Shown piece after piece: positions 45,872 to 58,449 of a stretch of 64,000 bases of DNA (its first letter is position 1; each line of letters opens with the position of its first letter). The stretch lies in contig RQSC01001332.1 of the NCBI GenBank assembly GCA_013416795.1, forward strand, positions 18,884 through 82,883, written 5' to 3'. The notes below the pieces were generated by a model. That model saw only the letters and a list, made by a program, of their open reading frames with translations. It did no database searches and was not told the origin of the DNA. The translations under genes and the position numbers were made by a program. The DNA comes from Prasinococcaceae sp. CCMP 1430 (taxonomy: Eukaryota > Plantae > Prasinodermophyta).

Positions 45872-46068
45872 CGCACGCGCGCGCACGGGTGCACACACGC
45901 GCACACGCACACGCGCACACGCGCACACACGCACACACGCACAAACGCACACACACACGCGGACGCTGGCGATCCTCAACGCACGGCAACAGGTATAATA
46001 TGCGCGTGGGTACGCGGAAGTGTGCGGAGGCTGTCTCGCACGGGCACGAGAGCGCATACGCGTGCGTG

Positions 46069-46108
<40 letters not shown>

Positions 46109-46123
46109 TGTGTGTGTGTGTGT

Positions 46124-46191
<68 letters not shown>

Positions 46192-46238
46192 ACGAACAAA
46201 CACACACATCGGCACATCTCCCTCCGCACTTTCCTTCC

Positions 46239-46440
46239 TCACCCGCACCCGCAGCCCTTGGCGTCCCCCTCCGCCTCGCCCTTGCCGCTGCCGCAGCCGC
46301 CCTCGCCGTCGCCGTCGCCGCCGCAGCCGCAGCCGCCGCCGCCGCCACCGACGGACGCGGGGCCCTTCGCCACCGCCGCCATGCCGCCCTGCACGCTGGC
46401 GACGTTGGCGAAGCCGTACACCTTTGCGCGCGCGCGAGTG

Positions 46441-46520
<80 letters not shown>

Positions 46521-47244
46521 CGTGTGTATGTGTGTGTGTGTGTATGTTCATGTAGAATGCCCACACGCATGTGTGCGTGTGTCAGTGCGTGTGTTTCCAG
46601 ACCTCGCGCAAGTGTGCCAAAGCGCCTGAGTGCGCGTGACTTTGTTCCTGTGTGTGCGTGCGCGTGTGCGTGCGTGTGCGCGCAAGCTCGCGTGCCTGCT
46701 GCGCCCCGCCCGCACCTTGCTCATCTTCACGGCCGCCTGCGCGGAGCGCGCCCCCGAGGCGCACACGCACACCACCTCGCCCGCGTCGCGCCACTCGTCG
46801 AAGCGACCCGCCCTGGGCGCGTGCGAGTGCGTGTGTGTGTTTGTGTGAATGTGTGTGTCAATTGTGTGTGTGTGTGTGTGTTTGCGTGCGTGTGTGTGTG
46901 TGTGTGTTTGAAAATGTTTGCCGTGCAAGTGTGGCCGCGCGTGTGTGTAAGTACATGTTTGTGTGCGTACGTGTTCAGCGCACGCGCACACGCATGCGTT
47001 GGCGAGCGCACGTGGGTTCGCACGCACGCACACACACGCGCGCGGCGCGTGTGTGTGAGTGTGTGCGTGCGTGTGCGCGCGCGCGCACTCACTTGCACGC
47101 CGCGGCGAGCTCCTCCAGCGGCACGCCCACCGCCTGCTCGATGTGGCCCGCGGCGTACTCCTCCGCGGAGCGCACGTCCAGCACGAGCGGGGGAAACGCC
47201 TGCGATTACACACGCGCATGTGTGTGTGTGTGAATGCGCGCGCG

Positions 47245-47290
<46 letters not shown>

Positions 47291-47429
47291 TGTGTGTGCA
47301 TGCGTGTTCGTGTGTGCGAGCGTGTGTGTGTGCGTGTGTTTGTGCATGTATGTCGCCCTGTGTCAGCACAGGCGTTCACGTGTCTGTGCACGCAGGTGCA
47401 AGCACGTGCCATGAGCACACTGATGCTGT

Positions 47430-47477
<48 letters not shown>

Positions 47478-48233
47478 GTGCGTGTGTTGCGTTTGTTCAC
47501 GTGTGTGTGTGTAAGTCCGGACACGTTCGAGCGCGCGTGTGTGCGACGCCTCCCGCGCGCCCGCACCTGCGCGAGCCGCGCCGCGAGCTGCCCCGCCGTG
47601 ATCTCAACGAAGCCGCCCTCCGCGGAGTACGCGGACGGCGGCAGCGGCGGCGGCTCCGAGGGCGTCAGGCCGAAGGGCGTCGCGTCGGCGGCGGCGCTGC
47701 ACAAGCGCGCAAGTGAACGCGTGTGTGTATGTGTTGTTGTGTGTGTGTGTGTGTGCGTGCGTGTGCGTGTGTGTGTGTGCGTGCGTGTGTGTGTGAACAT
47801 GTGTGTGTGTGTGTGTGTGAGTTAGGTTGTGCACGCGTGCATGGGTATGCGGTAGAGATTGCACTGTCGGAGTCGGCGAGAGTTGACGCCCGCGCGCTCG
47901 CACACACTGCTCATGTAACACAAAATCTCACACTAACACACAAACATACACACACACACACACACAAACACACACGCACACACCACTGACGCACGCACAC
48001 ACACGCACCTCACCGCCCCCTCGGAGAGCGTCATCGCGGCCGCCAGCCGCTCGACGGCGACGTCTGCGTCCCACGCGTCGCCGTCGGCGTCGGCGCCGCT
48101 GTGTGTGTGTGTGTGTGTGTGCGTATGCGCGTGTGTGTGTTATTGCGCTGTCAGTGCCAGCGCACGTGGCCATACGCGCAAACACACACACACGCTGTGA
48201 ACGATAGCAGTGCACACGCGCACACACACACGT

Positions 48234-48271
<38 letters not shown>

Positions 48272-48546
48272 ACACACACACACACAGGCGCACACACAAG
48301 ACACGCACGCCGGCACACACACACACGCACGCACGCATGCACGCACGCACGCATACACACACACGCGCACGCACACGCACGCGCACGCACGCGCACGCAC
48401 GCGCACCTCGCGCCGTTGCGTTCGTCCGCGTCGGCGGTGAACCAGTTGGCGCCGGCGTCGGTCTGCGACTCGTCGGCGGCGAGCAGCGCGCCGAGGTCGA
48501 CGAAGCTCTCCTCGTCGCCCTTGGAGACGGCCGCGCGCGCGCGCGC
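46239..48546 (-). CDS. Rhodanese-like domain protein (5' end in N-gap)
   Basis: Exons FVEITAGQL; [28 protein letters not shown]; [15 protein letters not shown] (active-site CxxGxRS); [16 protein letters not shown]; then a Gly/Cys tail. Confidence 0.85.
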
Positions 48547-49539
48547 NNNNNNNNNNNNNNNNNNNNNNNNNNNNNNNNNNNNNNNNNNNNNNNNNNNNNN
48601 NNNNNNNNNNNNNNNNNNNNNNNNNNNNNNNNNNNNNNNNNNNNNNNNNNNNNNNNNNNNNNNNNNNNNNNNNNNNNNNNNNNNNNNNNNNNNNNNNNNN
48701 NNNNNNNNNNNNNNNNNNNNNNNNNNNNNNNNNNNNNNNNNNNNNNNNNNNNNNNNNNNNNNNNNNNNNNNNNNNNNNNNNNNNNNNNNNNNNNNNNNNN
48801 NNNNNNNNNNNNNNNNNNNNNNNNNNNNNNNNNNNNNNNNNNNNNNNNNNNNNNNNNNNNNNNNNNNNNNNNNNNNNNNNNNNNNNNNNNNNNNNNNNNN
48901 NNNNNNNNNNNNNNNNNNNNNNNNNNNNNNNNNNNNNNNNNNNNNNNNNNNNNNNNNNNNNNNNNNNNNNNNNNNNNNNNNNNNNNNNNNNNNNNNNNNN
49001 NNNNNNNNNNNNNNNNNNNNNNNNNNNNNNNNNNNNNNNNNNNNNNNNNNNNNNNNNNNNNNNNNNNNNNNNNNNNNNNNNNNNNNNNNNNNNNNNNNNN
49101 NNNNNNNNNNNNNNNNNNNNNNNNNNNNNNNNNNNNNNNNNNNNNNNNNNNNNNNNNNNNNNNNNNNNNNNNNNNNNNNNNNNNNNNNNNNNNNNNNNNN
49201 NNNNNNNNNNNNNNNNNNNNNNNNNNNNNNNNNNNNNNNNNNNNNNNNNNNNNNNNNCGCTCGCCCTCGCGGGCGACCTCCTCCGGCCCGCGCGCGCGCT
49301 CGTCGGCGAGGCGCCGCAGTGCGCCGGGGAACCGCCCCTGCGCGAATCCCTCCCTCTCCGGCACGTTGTCAGTGTCTTTACACCTACACATCCACGGTGC
49401 GCCACAGCGCAATTTTCCTTCCGTTTTTATTTGTGGATAACGGACGAGCGTGCATGCGTTTTTATGTGCCGTTTTATTGTTTTTTTAAAGACTTTTTTTG
49501 TTTTTTTTTGAAATATTTCGGATGCATTTTGATGGTAAA

Positions 49540-50215
49540 AGGCTGTAGTCGCATGCGCGGGCTGTGGATTCAACGCACGCACACCGCGTGATATGTACAT
49601 CACCATGCACGTATATAGAAAATGGAACCCGATTCAACGCATGCCCACCGCATGATAGGTACATCATCATACATGTGTATAGAATATGGAATCCATTTTA
49701 TGTGTTTTCTTGTGCAGTATCCATTTTCGGCGCGACAGGATGTGGCAGCAACCTTGGATTCAACTCATGCAAACCGCGTCGTGGGTACATCACTATGCAT
49801 GTATATGGAAAATGGAATCCATCCAATTCAACTCATGCACACAACGTATGAGCTACATCAACGTGGATGTATACAGAAAATGGAATCCAATTTGTGTGTT
49901 TTCTTGTGCAGTATCCACCTTCGGCGACCGGATGTGGCAGCAGCCTTGGATTCGGTCACACTCGCAGGTCGTGCGCTCAGCTGCGGCATCCCCCTTATGC
50001 GCACGTCATAATGCATTTACAATGTTAATGGATTCCATTATACGTGATTTTCTGTGCAGTATCCACATTCGGCGGCGGCGTCTGTGTGGTCAGCTGGATT
50101 CCATCACATGCGCATGTTGTGGATTCGACTCAGGTCGGAGATATCATTATATTTTAATATGCAATATGGAATCCATTTTGTGTGGTTTGATGTGCAGTAT
50201 CCAAATTCGTGGCCG
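49540..50215. repeat. AT-rich composite degenerate tandem repeat
   Basis: GTGCAGTATCCA at about 49712, 49906, 50054 and 50192. ATGGAATCC/ATGGATTCC at 49686, 49812, 49880, 50028 and 50166. Recurrent GATTCAAC(G/T)CA(T/C)GC and GTACATCA sub-units. Confidence 0.85.
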
Positions 50216-50978
50216 ATCGCGCGCGCCCGCCGGGTCGCGCGCGCGCCGGCGCGCCCGCCGAAAACTCTCCGGAAGGCGCCGCGCCAATTTGTCTTTAAAA
50301 TACATTTTAATGAATTACTTGACGGAATGAAAAGGCATTGAAATGTGCACCGGGTGGATGGAGCGCGCGAGCGAGGCCGAGGCGGCGGCGGCGGCGGCGG
50401 CGGCGNNNNNNNNNNNNNNNNNNNNNNNNNNNNNNNNNNNNNNNNNNNNNNNNNNNNNNNNNNNNNNNNNNNNNNNNNNNNNNNNNNNNNNNNNNNNNNN
50501 NNNNNNNNNNNNNNNNNNNNNNNNNNNNNNNNNNNNNNNNNNNNNNNNNNNNNNNNNNNNNNNNNNNNNNNNNNNNNNNNNNNNNNNNNNNNNNNNNNNN
50601 NNNNNNNNNNNNNNNNNNNNNNNNNNNNNNNNNNNNNNNNNNNNNNNNNNNNNNNNNNNNNNNNNNNNNNNNNNNNNNNNNNNNNNNNNNNNNNNNNNNN
50701 NNNNNNNNNNNNNNNNNNNNNNNNNNNNNNNNNNNNNNNNNNNNNNNNNNNNNNNNNNNNNNNNNNNNNNNNNNNNNNNNNNNNNNNNNNNNNNNNNNNN
50801 NNNNNNNNNNNNNNNNNNNNNNNNNNNNNNNNNNNNNNNNNNNNNNNNNNNNNNNNNNNNNNNNNNNNNNNNNNNNNNNNNNNNNNNNNNNNNNNNNNNN
50901 NNNNNNNNNNNNNNNNNNNNNNNNNNNNNNNNNNNNNNNNNNNNNNNNNNNNNNNNNNNNNNNNNNNNNNNNNNNNNN

Positions 50979-51268
50979 GGCCGAGGCCGAGGCCGAGGCG
51001 GAGCGCGCCGCGGCGCTCGCCGCGGAGAAGCCCGCCAAGGCCGCCGGCTACGTGCCGCCCTCGCAGCGCGCGGCCGGCGCGTCCAGCAGCGCGCTCGGCA
51101 GCAAGGGCTTCCAGGGGGGGATGAACGAGCAGCTCTTCCCGGTGCGTGTGGGCGAGAAAGTGTGCGCGTGCGTGTGTGTGTGCGCGCGAGTTTGTGTGCG
51201 CGTGTGTGTGTCGCGTGTGTGTGCGCGTGTGTGTGCGCGTGCGCGTCCAATACGCTTACGCATGCACG

Positions 51269-51340
<72 letters not shown>

Positions 51341-51372
51341 TTCACACGCACACGCACACACACGCACGCATT

Positions 51373-51405
<33 letters not shown>

Positions 51406-51830
51406 ATTCACACACACGCATTCACGCACACGCATGCACACACACGCATTCACGCACACGCGCGCACCGCAGGACCTCGACCTCGCCGCCGCCAAGGCCG
51501 CGAGCAAGCCCAGGCGCGCCGCGGGCGGCGCCGCGGGCGTCGGCGCGGGCGCCGCGCCGTCGTTCGGCAGCGCCTTCGACGCGCCCTCGGTGCGCCCCAA
51601 GCTCAAGCTCGACAGGCCCGCGGGCGCCGCCGCCGACAAGGAGCGGACCGCCGAGGACGAGGAGGCGGAGCGCAAGGCCAAGATCGCCGAGAAGAAGGCC
51701 GCCAAGAAGAAGAAGAAGGTCACCGTCTCGCTCATCGAGCTGCAGGCGGCGGAGATCGCGCGCGGCAACACGCGCGTGGGCGCGGGCTTCGGCGCGAGCA
51801 ACACCCGCGACGGTGCGTGCGAGCGAGCGT

Positions 51831-51925
<95 letters not shown>

Positions 51926-51933
51926 CGTGTGTG

Positions 51934-51973
<40 letters not shown>

Positions 51974-51995
51974 TGCGTGTGTGTGTGTGTGTGTG

Positions 51996-52027
<32 letters not shown>

Positions 52028-52740
52028 CCCTCGCGTGTGTGTGCCTGTGTGTGCCTGGCTGACCCGCGCGCGTTCGGCCTCGCGCCCGCAGGCGGCGGCG
52101 ACGCCTACCGCGCGCCCGGCCGCGGGTCGTCGATGTACGACCGCGACCGCGGCGACGACCGCTACGGCCCGCCCGGCGGCGGCGCGGTGTCGGACGCGAT
52201 GCTGCCCACGGCGCCGCGCGAGCGCACCGCCGAGGAGCTCGAGATGGAGGCGCTCGGCCTCGGCGGCGCCTTCCGCGACCAGGCGCGCTACGGCGACCGC
52301 CTCGACGGCGGCGACCGCGACGGCTTCGGCGAGGACGTCAGCCGCGCGGACGGCGACTGGACCAAGAAGGCGCCCGCCGACGATGTGCGTAGGCGCGCGC
52401 GTGCGTCCGTGTGCAAACGCGCGCATGTGTGTGCGTGTGCGCGCGTGTGTGTGTGAAAATGTGTGTGTCGAAATGTGTGTGTGAAAATGTGTGTGTCGAA
52501 ATGTGTGTGTGTGGAAATGTGTGTGTGTGTGTGTGAACGTGTGTGTATGTGTGTGTGACCCTGCGTGTGCTGTCGCGCGCGTGCTTCGCTGACCCGCGCG
52601 CGCCCTCGCCGCACCCGCAGGACTTCCGCGGCGGCGGCGGCTTCGACGACGGCGGCTTCGGCCGCGGCCCCAGCCGCGCCGACGAGGAGGACCGCTGGAG
52701 CCGCCGCGCCCCCCCCGCCGACGCCGAGCGCGCTCTGGTA
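50979..52740 (+). CDS. Plant-type eIF4B-like translation initiation factor (partial; 5' part in N-gap, 3' end unresolved)
   Basis: Exons with KKKKKVTVSLIE, RPKLKL, MLPTAPRER, DRYG/DGF repeats and SRADGDW / SRADEEDRW, resembling plant eIF4B motifs. Microsatellite introns. Confidence 0.6.
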
Positions 52741-53440
52741 GCGCAGCGGAAGGAACACCAAGGGAGCCGCTGCCTGCCGGCGCTACCAGCCCCATTCCCC
52801 CCCTCTTCGTGATCCGCTTGCTCATCGCAAGCGCCGCGGCCTTGGCGTCCGCCTCAGCGTGTGCAAGTTCGGCGGCCACGTCGGCCGACCTCGCCTTCGG
52901 TGCCCGCGGCGCTTTGTTCTTGCCCTTGGCCGGCGGCTTGACCCTCGCAGCAGCTGCAGCCTGGGCCGCGGCGGCGGGACCTTTCAAGGCGCCCTGCGCG
53001 GGAGGTCTGCCTCGCGCGCGCGGTGGTGTCGCCACCAGCGCCGCGAGCGACCCACCCTGTTGCGCGGACAGCGCCGTGGCTGGCCCCCCAGCAGAGGCGG
53101 CGGGAGTGCTCGCCGCCTGCAGTGCGGCCCGCTGCTTGACCATGGCAGCGCTGATCTCGGACATGCGCTTGGAGATCTTGCGGCGCTTGGTGGCGGGGCT
53201 CTCCTGCGACGCAAACGGCAGCTCCGCGTTGGCCGACGGCGACGCCCCACTTCTGCCCGTGGCCTCGTTCCCGGCAATGCCGCCGCCGCCACCGCCGCGG
53301 TCTTTGCCACCGCCGCGGTCTTCCCCGCCGTCGCTCGAGTCGCCGTCGCTCTCGTCCAGCGCGATGATCATCGGTGCGGTGTCGTCGGACGCGCCGGACC
53401 GCGCCGCGTCGCGGCGGACCAAGCCCGCACGCGGCATCGT
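52740..53440 (-). CDS. Hypothetical low-complexity basic protein exon (PATKRRK NLS-like)
   Basis: Protein-like reading IIALDESDGDSSD...ESPATKRRKISKRMSE... between the N-gap (53469-53790) and the eIF4B-like gene; gene boundaries unknown. Confidence 0.45.
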
Positions 53441-54077
53441 CGCGCCGCGGCGGCCGCGGCCGCGGCGANNNNNNNNNNNNNNNNNNNNNNNNNNNNNNNN
53501 NNNNNNNNNNNNNNNNNNNNNNNNNNNNNNNNNNNNNNNNNNNNNNNNNNNNNNNNNNNNNNNNNNNNNNNNNNNNNNNNNNNNNNNNNNNNNNNNNNNN
53601 NNNNNNNNNNNNNNNNNNNNNNNNNNNNNNNNNNNNNNNNNNNNNNNNNNNNNNNNNNNNNNNNNNNNNNNNNNNNNNNNNNNNNNNNNNNNNNNNNNNN
53701 NNNNNNNNNNNNNNNNNNNNNNNNNNNNNNNNNNNNNNNNNNNNNNNNNNNNNNNNNNNNNNNNNNNNNNNNNNNNNNNNNNNNNNNNNNGCGCGGAGAA
53801 GCCCGGCGGCAGGTGGTAGGCGCGCGCGGGCCCCTGCGTGCGCACGCGTGCGCACGGGCTGCGGACGGCCCGCGCGTGCGCGCCCGCCAAGCCTCGGCGC
53901 CTCGCAACACGAGGCTGTGTAACCCCTCTTCTTTGTCGATTTCCGGCCGAGGCGCGAGCGCGGGCTCGCACGCGCGCATCGACGCACAGGTACACGCACG
54001 AGCACGCACGCGCGCGCGCGCACACACACACATGGACATGCAAACTCACACACACACACGCACGAACACATGGACAT

Positions 54078-54109
<32 letters not shown>

Positions 54110-54138
54110 GCGCACGCACACACACACACGTGGACATG

Positions 54139-54171
<33 letters not shown>

Positions 54172-54219
54172 ACCCGCGCTCCCATGCGCGAGCGGCGTGT
54201 CCGAGTATGCTACACTTCG

Positions 54220-55342
54220 CTACAGTTCACGCTCCAGCGCCCCCGGCGTTTCCTTCTGTGTCTTCGACGCCGTCCTCGCCGCCCTCTTCGTCGCCGCCGC
54301 CGGCGTCCTCGCCGCCGTCCTCGCCAGCATCCTCGCCGCCGTCCCCGCCGCCGTCCCCGCCGTCTCCCCCGCCGCCGTCCTCACCGCCGGCGCCGGCCCC
54401 TCCTGGCGCTGCCGCCGAGCTTCACTGCTCTCCCATCGCCGCTCCTCTTCCCGATGCCGCCATGGGTCTGGCTCTCCGCGCGACTGACGCGGCGGTGTCA
54501 CCTGCCCGGGTACCTCCTTGGGTGGCGCCAGCGTTGGGACCGATGCTGAATCCGCTCCGTCCTCTCCACGGGCCATTCGTTTGCTGCTGCCTCCGCTGCT
54601 CTCCGCACGAGGCGCCGCGCCGCCTCCCGTGGCGGCGTCGCCACCCCATGCGGCCAGGATGGCGTCGCGCTCCTCCTCGAGCCCACGCTGCATAGCCGCG
54701 CGCTCGGCCTCGTGCGCATCCTCGGCGCTCGGCTCGAACCGCAGCGGAGGGGCCGTCTTCGCTGTGCTGCTCTCGTCGACTGCGCGCTGCTCCCAGCGGC
54801 TCTGCAAGCCTAGCGCGAGATCACTGAGGTCATCTTCGTCGGACACCTCTTCATCCTCGTCAACGACGAGAATGTGATCGTCGTCGTCGTAGTCCTCGTT
54901 GCCCCAGTCGTCCTCATCCTCGTCGGCGACTGGCGCGAGTGACGACCGGCGCGACATGAAAGCGAGCGCGGCTGCGTCGCCGTCGAGTTCCTCGTCGTCC
55001 TCCCACTCGCCCCATGCCGCGGCGGCAGCCGCGCGGCGAGACGGCTGCTTCGCACCCCTACCCCGCCCGGCACCCATCCGGCCTTGGTCACCTTTCGTGG
55101 GCCCGCCATCCGCGCCGGTGTTGCTCGGCTGGGGCTCGGCGCTCTTGCGCTCGGCCTCAGCAGACTCGATGCCGTCGAGGGCGCTCAAAAGCGAATCCCA
55201 GCCACCATCTTGTGACTCGTCTGCGGCGCCTGCCGCCGTCAAGCGCAGCCTTCGCACTCGCCCCGACGGAGCTGGCGGTGGCCGCCACCTGCCAAGCAAA
55301 TGCAGAGGCCTCTGTTCCGCGCGTGGAACGGCATGCCCTGAC
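54220..55342 (-). CDS. Hypothetical acidic protein (possibly plastid-targeted)
   Basis: Long GC3-biased reading frame with D/E-rich tracts ([16 protein letters not shown]). The 5' end is at a single N next to a (CA)n run. Confidence 0.55.
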
Positions 55343-55343
55343 N

Positions 55344-55399
<56 letters not shown>

Positions 55400-56436
55400 G
55401 CACACACACGCACGCAACACCAGCCCGTCCCAATCTCCGTGGACTGACAACATTTTACACTCTTTCCGCTGTTTTAGCTCAAATCGCATTTTAGGGGGTC
55501 ACATTTCGAGAAGCGCTCTTTCGTTCCCGCGCGGCGGCGGCGGAAGGCTCCTCGCGGGCGCAAATTCTTAGATATCGGGTCATAATCAGGTTGGACGCGC
55601 GTTGCGCGAAGCCTCGGCGGCGTGGATGCGAACGACGACGAGCCCGTTGGCGCGCCTGCCGAGCTTTTTGAGCGTCTTGGTCGCCGCCCGCTGCGTGGCT
55701 ATTCGCGGCCTTATTCGCCTCTTGCGACGGGAAGCATGCGCAAGCACGAACCCACCTCCTACTTTTGCACGAGCTGTTTATGCGGCTCCCGCGTCTCCTC
55801 ATCCACTCCGTCCAAGACGCTCGGCATGCAGTCCTCGATGTACCCCGTGGTAATGGAGACCTGAAGGGCCAGCTTCGCTAGCTCGAACAGCAAGCGTCAT
55901 GTCGCCTAAATCAATCTGCAAAAAAGGAGTTGACAGCGTCGTTTGCGGCGTCGGCGTCGGAGGCGGAGCAGGCGCAAGCGCGGGAGCAGACGCAGGAGCC
56001 AGCGGCGGAGTAGGCGTAGGAGCACGAGCACGGTGACGACGAACAGACGATGGAAGAGGAAGCGGAAGAGACGGAGAGCGAAGAGAGCGGCGAGTTTGCT
56101 GCTCACAAACCTGCTCCGCTCGGCGCAACGCCGTTCGCCCGTTCGCCCGCGCGCGCCATCTCAAACCCTCTCCCAAATTGGATTTCTTACCCTAAACATG
56201 CCGCCGATGCGCGCGCGCGCAGCGGGCGCGCAGCCCTAACCGCGAGCTCGCGCGCTCTGTGTGTGCGTGCGTGCGTGTGTGTGCGTGTGTGTGTGTGTGC
56301 GTGTGTGTGCGTGTGCGTGTGTGTGTGTGCGTGTGTGTGTGGGAGAGGGCGCGCCTGCCGCGGTCGCCACACTGCGCCCGCCCGCCGCTGCGCGGCGGCG
56401 CGCGCGGCACTGCGCGCGCGGCGCGCGCGCGGCACG

Positions 56437-57381
56437 ATGGCGCGCGCGCTGCAGGCCAACGTGCGGCTGCTCATCGGCGCAGGCGCAGCCAAGCCTGCGC
56501 CGCCCGTCGGGCCAGCACTCGGGCAGCAGGGGGTGAACATCATGGCGTTCTGCAAGGTGGGCGAGGCGAGCGTGTGTGTGTGTGCGTGCGTGTGTGTGCG
56601 TGTGTGTGTGTGTGCGTGTGTGCGCGCGTGTGCGCGTGTGTGTCAGAGAGGAGAGGCAGAGGGCACGAGAATGCGACCACACGCGCGTGTGGGAGGCGTG
56701 TGCTGGATCCTCACACCTCCCACCTCGCACCTCGCACCTCCCCTCTCGCGCGTGCGCGTACGTGCGCGTGCTTGCGTGTGCCCCCGTCTTTCTCGCTGAC
56801 ACCGCCCCGCGCGCGCGCGCGTGCGCACCCGCAGGAGTTCAACGCGCGCACGGCGGAGCTCAAGCCGGACGTGCCCGTGCGCGTCAAGCTCTCCGTGTAC
56901 ACCGACAAGTCCTTCGACATCGCGCTGCGGACGCCGCCGACGAGCTACTTCCTCAAGGTGCGTAGTGGGGGAGGCGCGGGAGCACGCGCGCGCTGCCTCG
57001 CGCGGGCACGTCGCACACACACATGCACGCACACACGCACACACACACACACGCACACGCACACACGCACACACACACACACGCACACGCACACACACAC
57101 GCGCGCACACACACACAGATACACACACGCCCGCGTGCACACACACACACCAAAGATGCTGACCTGGAGCGCCCGCCGTGGGTCCCCCCACGCGCGCCGA
57201 CGCAGAGCGCCGCGCGCGTCGAGGCCGGCGCGCGCGAGCCCGGGCAGTCCACCGTGGGCGTGGTGAGCGTGAAGCAGGTGTACGAGATCGCGCGCATGAA
57301 GGCGCACGACCCGGAGAACAAGGGCGTCCCGCTGCAGGTGCGCTCCTGAGACGCGCGGAGGGCGCACACACGCACACACAT

Positions 57382-57417
<36 letters not shown>

Positions 57418-57688
57418 GCACACGCACACACGCATACACACACACGCACACGCACACAGGCCCATGCCTGCGCATTCGCCCACGCCTGCCCACGCGCGCG
57501 CACGCGCGCTGACGCCTGCGCGCACCCTCGCGCACACGCCCGCGACCACCGCGCTCGCACGCGCGCCGTCCTCCCGCTCCGCCGCGCCCGGCGCGCTCGC
57601 GCAGGACCTCTGCAAGGCCGTGGTGGCCACGGCGAAGTCGATGGGCATCGCCGTGAAGAACTTCCGGCCCATCACGGGGCTGCAGTGA
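56437..57688 (+). CDS. MRPL11: Mitochondrial ribosomal protein uL11m (L11)
   Basis: Four exons (56437-56556, 56835-56957, 57206-57337, 57605-57688): [32 protein letters not shown]...TPPTSYFLK/...KQVYEIA.../AKSMGIAV. Confidence 0.95.
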
Positions 57689-57739
57689 CCCGCGCCGCGC
57701 CGAGGCGCGCACGCACGCGCACGGGTGCGCGCGCGGACG

Positions 57740-57775
57740 CAGCAGCAGCGGCAGCGGCGTGTTCGGCATCGTCCT

Positions 57776-57819
<44 letters not shown>

Positions 57820-57863
57820 GCAGCAGCGGAAGCAGCAGCAGCAGCGGAAGCAGCAGCGGAAGC

Positions 57864-57896
<33 letters not shown>

Positions 57897-58095
57897 GGAA
57901 GCAACAGCAGCGGAAGCAGCAGCGGAAGCAGCAGCGGAAGCAGCAGCGGAAGCAGCAGCGGCGGCAGCCGCAGCAGCAGCAGCACCAGCAGTAGCGGAAG
58001 CAGCAGCTGAAGCAGCAGCAGCAGCAGCGGAAGCAGCAGCGGAAGCAGCAGCGGAAGCTCCAGCAGCAGCAGCGGAAGCAACAGCAGCAGCAGCG
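57740..58095. repeat. (CAG)n / (CAGCAGCGGAAG)n compound tri- and dodecanucleotide repeat
   Basis: About 355 bp directly visible downstream of the MRPL11 stop codon. Confidence 0.95.
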
Positions 58096-58333
58096 AGCAC
58101 GAACTGATCACGCCGTGCGGCGGCCACGAGCGCGCCGTGCAGCAGCGCACGCGGACGCGCCGCCGCCCACCCCTTTCGTCCCCTTCCCCCCCATTCTTTT
58201 TGCGCAGGAGCTTCTAATACAGCGGCGTCGCACGTGTGGCGCGCATGTTGGGGCACAGTCGAGCGTCGGCTCATGGGCGCGCGCGCTCAGCAGACACGCA
58301 AACGCACATGCGCGCGCTCTCAACAACAACAAC

Positions 58334-58373
<40 letters not shown>

Positions 58374-58449
58374 TACACACACACACACACACACACACGG
58401 ACACACGGACACACACACGCACATCCGCCAAAACAAACAGTGGTAGTCT

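Noticed and set aside
46236-46241. Rhodanese terminal TGA as selenocysteine
   Set aside because: The active site is already Cys, the downstream sequence is microsatellite rather than coding, and no SECIS was seen.
49540-50215. Repeat island as a CRISPR-like array or repeat-protein gene
   Set aside because: Units are degenerate and irregular with no repeat-spacer pattern, and the translations are not protein-like.
55580-55920. Coding-like minus-strand stretch (VSITTGYIEDCMPSVLDGVDEE...)
   Set aside because: Multiple in-frame stops and no recognisable homology; it cannot be supported as a gene.
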